Both the position numbers and the translations under genes were made by a program. The notes under the pieces are model-generated. The model saw only the letters and a program-made list of their open reading frames with translations, made no database searches and was not told where the DNA came from. Below are positions 55,314 through 64,000 of a stretch of DNA of 64,000 nucleotides, in pieces; the stretch's first letter is position 1; each line of letters opens with the position of its first letter. The DNA is from Eledone cirrhosa (taxonomy: Eukaryota), in assembly GCA_964016885.1 (NCBI GenBank), contig OZ024745.1:87730001-87794000 (forward strand). Direction: 5' to 3'.

Positions 55314-55551
55314 TATATGGAACTCCTTTAAACATCTTTTGATCTTATATTATATATATATATATATACATACACTCATACATACACACACACATATATA
55401 CACACGTATATATGTGTATATAAATACACACATACACATACATATACACATACATACATACGCACATAAATATCAACACATCCATACATACACATACATA
55501 TATACAACCACACACACATATATACACACATACATACATATAGAAAAATAA

Positions 55552-55596
<45 letters not shown>

Positions 55597-56038
55597 TGTA
55601 CATGCATACACATACACAAACATAGCCATACACACATACATATACATACATACATGCACACAATCATACATATATACACACGTACATACATACACATACA
55701 TAAATGTGTACATATACATGTACAAAATTAGAAAAATATACACTCCTCTACATATTCACACACGCAAATAAATATAAGAAAAAATATTTATAAAAAAATA
55801 AAATAATAATAAAGATTATTATAGAATTGACAGCGATACAAACGGCGGGTAGATGAACAGACACGCGTGGTAAGTAATACACATAAATGCGCGTATACAT
55901 ACGTACGAAATAGTAAATACATACACACACTCTCACACATAAATATACATATACAAATACATAAACACATACATACACATACACAAATACATGCACAAAC
56001 ACGCACACACACACGTATACAATTATACACACACATAT

Positions 56039-56095
<57 letters not shown>

Positions 56096-56229
56096 CACAC
56101 ACACACATACACACACATATATATATGTATACATACACACACACATACATACATAGTTATACAATTATACACATACAAATACGTACATATCATAAACACG
56201 CACAACCAAATACAAACACACACACACAT

Positions 56230-56332
<103 letters not shown>

Positions 56333-56399
56333 CATACACACATGTGTGTGTGTGTGTAAAACTCAGTCTTAGATAATTCATATAAACCTTACATATACA

Positions 56400-58290
56400 T
56401 ATATATAGTAGTAAATTAATAAAGTAATAAGGAACATAAGGCAATTATTCCATTCACCAGTGGTTTCCTAAAAGCAAAAAAATGTTGCCTTCAATCCTCA
56501 GAATGAAAAAAACCTGGTCTTTGTACATATATATATATATACACACACACACATATATATATATATAAATATATATATATACACATAAATATACACACAC
56601 ATACACATAGGTATGTGAAGGGCAAGGCAAAAAGAATATATGGGGGGTGGGAGACATAGGAAAAGGTGAAATATAAGGGGAGATAAGGGAGAAAAAAATA
56701 TATACAAGAGTACCGAACGTAGATTCAGCAAAATAAAAAAAAACCGTAACATAAGTAAAGAGCAGAGAAGGAGTTCAAGGCGGTTGATTTATCATAGGAA
56801 TATCAATCCAGTTACAGATCAGATGCGATTTCAGATGAGGACAGCATCTGAAGATCTCAGTCTTTGAGTTAAGGCAAGCGGAAGTGGCTCTCAAGTCTAG
56901 CAAAATCCGATATTTTTCTGTGGTACACAAAGAACAAATCTTTGTACCCCTTTGGTACTCCCTCGAATGGTCTAATATAGACCAATCGATAGAGTACGGG
57001 ATGTTCCTATCCTTGAATTCCCACACCTTACTTGCGAGGGTCGTTGATGTTCGTTTATCGGAGTGCTTAAAAGAAGCGACATGTGAGTAAAATCTGGTTT
57101 TAAACCTGTCCTGGGTCATACCGACATATCGCTCACTCCTGGCTGGCTGGTTGTTGATTACCGGTGTTATTTTAACCTCATAAACAACAGATTTGGTGTT
57201 ACATTTACCCTGCAATGGGCATTCATCCGGCTTCCTGCAACTGCATCCTGGATTTGTTCTCGTATGGTTTGAACTGGTGATTTTGGACTTCATAGATGGG
57301 CAACAAGAGTAGCTAATCTTAACTACGTTCCTATTAAGTATCTTATAATATCTATGATTAGGAGGAAAATGTTTGTCTAAGAGTTCAAGGAATTTCCTTC
57401 CTACATTAGTTTTGACAGTTAGAGAGAAGGGGGTGTGAACCAAATAATCTCCCTTTTCCTGTTATTGTGGTTAGTTTTAGGGGGGGAGTAGGTAAATAAG
57501 ACATTGTTTCTGTAAAACCACTGTTCTTAAGGGCTTTATTATAATAAGGGGCGGCTTTATCAAAAATGTCTATAGACGAAGATAAGATAGAAATCCTACG
57601 GGTAATGTTAGGAATAACATTATTAAAAACTATAGGGGGATGGCAAGACTCTTTGTGTATATACCTAAGATTTTCATTAGGTTGATGATAGGGTTTAAAA
57701 GAGGCGGTAAGTAGATCAAGATTAATATCAAGAAAGTTAGTATTAGTAAGGTTCGTATCTATAGTAATTTTAAGGTTAAGATTAGCAAAAGTATTGATTA
57801 CATCTTTACGGAATTTATCAAGGTTATGGCCGTTGGTGGTATGAGAAACTGCTAATCCGTCATCACGGTATAAACCTATATTATGGGAAGGAAATTTCTC
57901 TTTGAGGGTGTGGAGAAGGAATAATCCTACTAAGTCACGCACATCCGCACTGTCATATGAACCCATTGCAACATCAAAAGAGTTTTCTGTGTTTGACTTT
58001 TTAACCCAAATATTATCATTAGTAAAGCGTAAAGATTTTCTAGCATGAAAGATGATGTCTTCTTCTAATTTAGAAATATTAATGAATGGTCTTGCAAAAA
58101 TCTAAGACATTAGTTAATAAGGAAACAGTAATAGAGGGGTAAAAATCGACAATATCAAATTGGGTAAATCTACACTTATTTTTACCTTGAATATTATTAA
58201 ACCAAGAAATAACAGAGGAAGTATTTAGCCACTGTGATAGGTCAGTGTTAGTTCTAATTTGGAGAATTATTTTTCTTAAGATGTTTTTGA
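56400..58290 (-). mobile_element. Naiad-type PLE, 5'-truncated and frameshifted
   Basis: FDIVDFYPSI, MGSYDSADV..LVGL, GLYRDDGL, CSCRKPDECPLQGKC..VVYE..YVGMT, CSLCTTEK. Confidence 0.92.
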
Positions 58291-59492
58291 CTTCGCCATA
58301 CACCTCTCATCCTTGCACCATTTTGTTTTATCGGTCCTCTCTGACAGGTTTTACCGTACAAACCATAGTAACATCTGATCCTGTAAATACAATGTCGATC
58401 ATATCACACCATCGCCACCACCACCACACCACACATCGTCATATGTCTACCATCCACACCCACAACCTTATCCCCCATATTACCTCTGTCTAACATAATC
58501 TACAACCCCACGCTAAGTTCGGTCCTGTAAATGTATTGTCGCACACACAACCACCGCCACCACTAAATACAGCCACATACTTCAACAATCATTAACATCA
58601 TTAACATCATCAACACATATCATCCCTCACTCTCAGATCGACTGTGTTATATCCGCCTCCCGTCTGCCTTACCCTGTAACACACCGTAACTTCTGATCAT
58701 GTAATCATCTTGTCGAACATATCACTCCAGCATCACCACCACCACCATGACCACAACACACATCGCTATACGTCCATAAACTCTTTTACCCCGCGTTCCC
58801 TATGTCACTTTTTAACCTGTAACCCATCGCACTATTCGATCCTGTATGTTTTTGCCCCTCACAAATCCACCACCACAAGACACGACTCCATACTTCATCA
58901 ACACCGCCAACGCATACCTCCCCTCTCGAACCAACGCAAGTGTGTGTGTCTGTGTGTAAGTCCTTTTTACATATACGGGCGTATAAATATGCGTGCGTGC
59001 ATGCATATATGTGTGTGCATATATATATATATATATTTATATATACATATATGTATATATGTATATGTATATATATGTGTGTGTGTATATGTGTGCGTAT
59101 ATGTGCATATATGTGTATGTATGTGTGTGTGTCTTTATCTGTATATGTGTGTCTGTGTGTGTGTATGTGTATCTTTATGTATACGTGTGTGTGCGTGTAT
59201 GCGCGCATATCCGTATGTGTGTATGAGTGTATGTATGTGTATGTCTATAAGTATAACACCATCTTTACTGGCTCTCACCTACCCTCCATATTTGTCCTAC
59301 GCAAACCCCACAGATACTCCCCCACTCTCCCAATATATAACCGCACGCGCGCATGCACATACATGTGTGTTTATATGCATATTGGTGTGTATGTGTGTGT
59401 GTAGACATGTGTGGGTGCGGGTGTGTGTGTGTATGGGGTGTGTTCGTGTGTATATATGTCAATATATGTGCGCATGTATACATATATGTGTG

Positions 59493-59529
<37 letters not shown>

Positions 59530-59971
59530 CGTATTTGTCAAACGAAGAGCGTCTAGCTATGTATCTCCCCAAAGACTCGACACCACCAACACATCCACCG
59601 AACCACCACAAACGTCACTACCATATACAACAACACCACAACCACACCCCACACACGTCAACCCGTCTACAGATAACCCACTAACCTCACACCACAGTCG
59701 ATCCCAGTAAGCGACCATAACCACCATCTTATCATCACATCCACCTCCACATGCACTACAGGCCAAGGCCAACCCGCCACCACCACACCACAACCCATCA
59801 CATCCAGCGACCGTCACCAACATCTCACCAGCACATCCAACCCCGCATACACTACAGGCCAGTACATCCCTTTGATCCTTCCCACCAATCAAAACAACTC
59901 ATTTTGTCAAACCCTTGAAATTCTGACTTTACCACATAGCATGTATTTCATTTTCTCATAGCATTTTAAAA

Positions 59972-60058
59972 GGGTCCGTCGAGCTGCCGATTATTGAGTC
60001 GGGTAGGATCGATACAGATCGAACCCTGAGCTGATCAGTGGCGAAACGCGCGTCACCT
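59972..60058 (+). ncRNA. Variant hammerhead with CCGUCGA core and branched long stem II
   Basis: GGGT-CCGTCGA-GCTGCCGATTA...TGATCAGTGGC-GAAAC-GCGC-GTC-ACCT then AATAAA; paralog at 6502-6587. Confidence 0.55.
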
Positions 60059-60679
60059 ATCAATAAATGCAATGAATGGCGTAATCAATCGTCCTTGTTA
60101 TCCTTTCAATATATTACACTCTGTATAGCTCTACACCTCATCACAGAAGTGAACCTAAACATCGAGTGCTCTCCCGGGTGAACCTGCTGTAACTCCAAGT
60201 CACACCCCTTGGATATATATATATATATATATATACACGTTCGGAAAAGATTTTTTGGTAAAAACAGGAGTAAGGAGAAGAAAGCACTCACCAATCGTTG
60301 TTTTAGTTACGATGGACAATTTTATAAAAATAATAAAATAAGATGCTGAGGTTATATATATCGTTTAATCATATAATTATTTCCATGGTTCTCCATGTAA
60401 TCGAGATGTCCTTTATGCATTTGCTCTTGATTATGAGAACGGTTTCCTCAGATGAAAATCGATATATTTGATATGTCGCTGGCAGGAAAACACACATCCT
60501 AATGCCTGCTACCCACCATACATATGAGTTCCTTGAAGGGTTTGGCAGCCGTCGCGTTTGTTAGGAAAAGCTATCAACGAAAACAGACGAAAAGAACGAA
60601 GAACTGTGTGCAACCAAAACCCAGTAGACAGTTGAAGCAACACAAGGAGCTCTGAGTGGGCTGCGGTATATATTTAGTT

Positions 60680-60900
60680 GACGACCACCTACAACAACAA
60701 CAACAACAAAAACAACAACGACGACAACTACAACAACAACAATGACAATAACATCAAACTGCCGACCAACGTTGTCCACACTGGTCGCAATAGTCGTGGG
60801 GATACCATCACCCTATTGACAACAACAACTAAAACAACAGCTACAGTAAAAATAGTTACAACGACAACAGCAACAAACGACAAAAACAGCAAAAAACACA
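60680..60900. repeat. (ACA)n-rich low-complexity tract
   Basis: Direct reading. Confidence 0.85.
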
Positions 60901-61394
60901 GACCAGCGTCGTGTATACATGTCGTAGTCGTGGCAGTGACGGTACCACCCTGTTGACCGTAAATTTTCAGTGTATATTATAACAAACACTCAAGACAAAT
61001 ACATCGTGACATATGTAATGGATGTGAAACCTGAAACTTTCTTATTCTACACACACACATATTCGATCTACACTGAAAATATCTCAGCATTGCAACCACC
61101 ATAATATATTAACACACCTGCTTTATATGCTTGTATTTTTTATGTAACACCCAGCATTCATATATGCTTGATACTTTTGCCTGTTCAATTGCTTTATGTA
61201 TGACTAACGCACGTACTGTCTCTTTAATTTTATTTATGTACTAGACGCTCTTGTATTATCTGTCACATGCTCCACCAAAAGCTTTTAATTGTAATTTTGA
61301 ATCTTACCCATCACACACTGTTGTCCACAATATGTATCTGTATGACTCTTCAGCAGAATAGGAGGCTGATTATATGTGAAAACATTATGAATAA

Positions 61395-61441
61395 TGCTCT
61401 GAAGACGCCAGGCCTAGGCTTGGAAGAAACAATTGTTAGCA
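61395..61441 (+). ncRNA. Minimal type I hammerhead
   Basis: TGCT-CTGAAGA-CG-CCAGGC-CTAG-GCTTGG-AA-GAAAC-AATT-GTT-AGCA. Confidence 0.7.
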
Positions 61442-61476
61442 ATTAAATGTTCTAACATAGCTTTGATTCGTGTGTA

Positions 61477-61576
<100 letters not shown>

Positions 61577-61660
61577 ATAATAATAAATTTGAGGAGTAAA
61601 ATCCAAAGAGGCTCGATAAGGATAAATATAGACCAAATATTTATTAAAATAACAGATTAA

Positions 61661-61711
61661 AGTTTAAGCAAAGAATCGCTGCTTTCACCCTTAACGGGAT
61701 CTTCTGAAACT
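61661..61711 (-). ncRNA. Variant hammerhead with CAGAAGA core
   Basis: AGTTT-CAGAAGA-TCCC-GTTAA-GGGT-GAAA-GCAG..TTGC-TT-AAACT. Confidence 0.5.
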
Positions 61712-62829
61712 AAACAATTCAAACTGTGAGCGCAGAAGTAAATATTTCGAAAAAGTTGCAACCGAAAGAAAACAGGGAGACCATACTTTGGTTCGTGGAG
61801 ACGTTCCCTGGCAATGAACGGAAAACAGCGAAGATAATACGCCAATTTTTGGAGCGGTGAGAACAATTACACGCAAAGACAAAACCACGTTTATTGCATA
61901 AATGAAGTCGTAGACTAATATTCTATTTAGGTGGTTCTTGGAGACGTTCCCTGGCAATGAACGAAAAAAAACCGAAGATAACAAGTCATTATGTGGAGCG
62001 CCGAGAACAATTACACGCAAAGACAGAACCAAGTTTATGGTATAAATGATGTTGTGGATTAATATTCTATTTAGGAAACCGAATGATTCTTGGCTTCAGA
62101 GTTAAGAAAAATTTAAATTACAGAGGTTATTGAAATGAACAATAATTAAATATATACATACACGCATCCAAATACGTACATACACATGCATACGCGAAAA
62201 CACACGCTATGGTAAGCATATACAAGCACGTAACACAAAAACACGCGCAAAGATACAAAAACCCGCGCCACACCTGTACCCGCACACATACGTACGTATA
62301 CACCAAATACACATAAAACATATATAAATATATATATATATATATGTGTGTGTGTGCATACATATAATTATATAAACGTATATAAATATACACACATAAA
62401 TACGTATACAACGCATGTACACTCATACCTACAGGTAAATACACATATGTTCGCTAAATGTGCGTCAACCAAAACACAAAGTACACATATGCACACCCTA
62501 CATACGTGCAAACCCGCATACAAACACACAAGCAAAATACACGTATATACATAACCAATACAAATGTACCAGTATATATAATATAATATATACACCTATA
62601 ACAAATACGAGCAAATATACGTACGAGAAAGTATACGTACCTTCACAAAGCTTACAGGTAATATATACTTACCTATACAAATAAGTAATGGGATAAACAT
62701 AAAATATACTTAGCTACCACATCAAGACGTAAATTATCCGCGTATTGTTCGTACTATCCGTTAGGGTATAATGTGGGGCTGTAATACAGGAAATGTTTAT
62801 GCAATTTATGTTTACAAGCCGAAACTGCC

Positions 62830-64000
62830 TCAGATTTTTTGTTTAAGATGTGGTCATTGGCGTAGAGTATTTCCATGGCTTCAGCGGCGCAGACGTCGCA
62901 TGGTCTTTTATTTCCGTTATACGTTCTAGCTTTACCTAGGATCGCCCAGTGTTACCTATATTGGGTGTGGTTGTCTTTCAGACTCCAGATATAAGCTGAA
63001 AGTGACGTCATATTCCTTCTTAAAGGGTTAAGAAAAGAATGGGTGTGCACATAAAGACGCTGCTTGAATCTATTGGCGATTAACCATGTGTAGGACCTAC
63101 GGGACGTGGGTGTTTCGACCTTACATTTGTAGACAATGTTACTAGAGGGGCATTTCCCGGATAGGGGGCAGTCAACCCGATTCCTTCAAGTGCAGTTAGT
63201 ACTAGCTACAGAACTGCACGTGTTCCTACGACTAGGTAATTTAGCTAATTTTGAAGCAGTGATGTTATGTGCAAAGTTAGGAGTTGTAGTGTAAGAAATG
63301 TTAATGGTAATTCTATTAAAAATGTTATTATATTTAGGTGCTGGGGAGAAATGCTTCTTAATAAGGGAGAGAAAGATCTTAGCTAATGGCGTGGCCACCT
63401 CCATATTATATGGTGGGTTATACCATATAATACGTCGGAATCGATTTGTCGTAGGTCTATTCTCAAACTTAGTATATGCTACCCTATCGACAAATCCACT
63501 CCGAACAAGATCTTCATCGTAATATGTGGAATGGTCGGTGAAAATATGCTTGGGAAAGCCTAAAAGAAATGTTTCTTACCAGGTTCTTGGTTGTGCTGGC
63601 AGGATTCTTAGAATGCTTACTTATGTAATTAAGCGTATCATTTGGCTTTCTATACGGGTAGTGCAAGCCATTCGACTAATTAAGGGTAACGTCGAGGTAA
63701 TTAACGACCGAGAGGTAGGCCTCAAACTGTATGGAGAGATTGAAGCCTTTAAAGAAGGCTGTGAGTTCTTTTCTGAACCAATCGCAAGCGCGTGGGCCGC
63801 ACATTGTCATGGTCAAAAGACCGTCATCACGGTACAAACCACCGACTACATTGGGGAATTCTTACTTGATAGAGAAAAGAAGGAAAAGGCCGATAAGACC
63901 AGTAACCTCCGCGGAATCGCTGGCGCCCATACTCACGTCGAATGGGGTACTATTAGATTTTTTAATCCAAATAGAGTCGTCGAAATTAATCACCGACTTA
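62830..64000 (-). mobile_element. Naiad-type PLE, decayed, extending beyond the window
   Basis: Minus strand reads FDVSMGASDSAEV..LIGL, GGLYRDDGL, NYLDVTL, IIWYNPPY, CPLSGKC, and a CDVC-like C-terminus. Confidence 0.88.

Noticed and set aside
58710-59684. 324-aa ORF
   Set aside because: Low-complexity pLTR and microsatellite sequence; the paralog at 5670-6400 does not keep an equivalent frame.

Overview
Eukaryotic, very AT-rich, repeat-saturated DNA with no recognisable host gene. The tRNA-derived SINEs, RTE LINEs and abundant (TA)n/(CA)n suggest an invertebrate, plausibly a cephalopod; this is inference. The window is a nested cluster of retroelements, almost all bounded by (TA)n. It holds at least 8 Penelope-like elements (PLEs; RT plus C-terminal GIY-YIG): six Naiad-type, including one uninterrupted ~797-aa ORF at 51841-54234, and two Neptune-like families. 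It also holds a near-full-length decayed RTE LINE with rearranged fragments, several SINEs and a probable solo LTR. Manual reading of both strands found about 13 distinct families of type I hammerhead ribozyme (HHR) motifs. Several have non-canonical cores (UUGAAAA, CCGUCGA, CAGAAGA, CUGAUGU) or very long stem II inserts. Some lie in non-coding 466-536 bp tandem or terminally redundant units resembling retrozymes. Several fold-back palindromes and junctions fall on predicted ribozyme hairpins. All RNA structures were paired by eye; none is computationally or experimentally validated.
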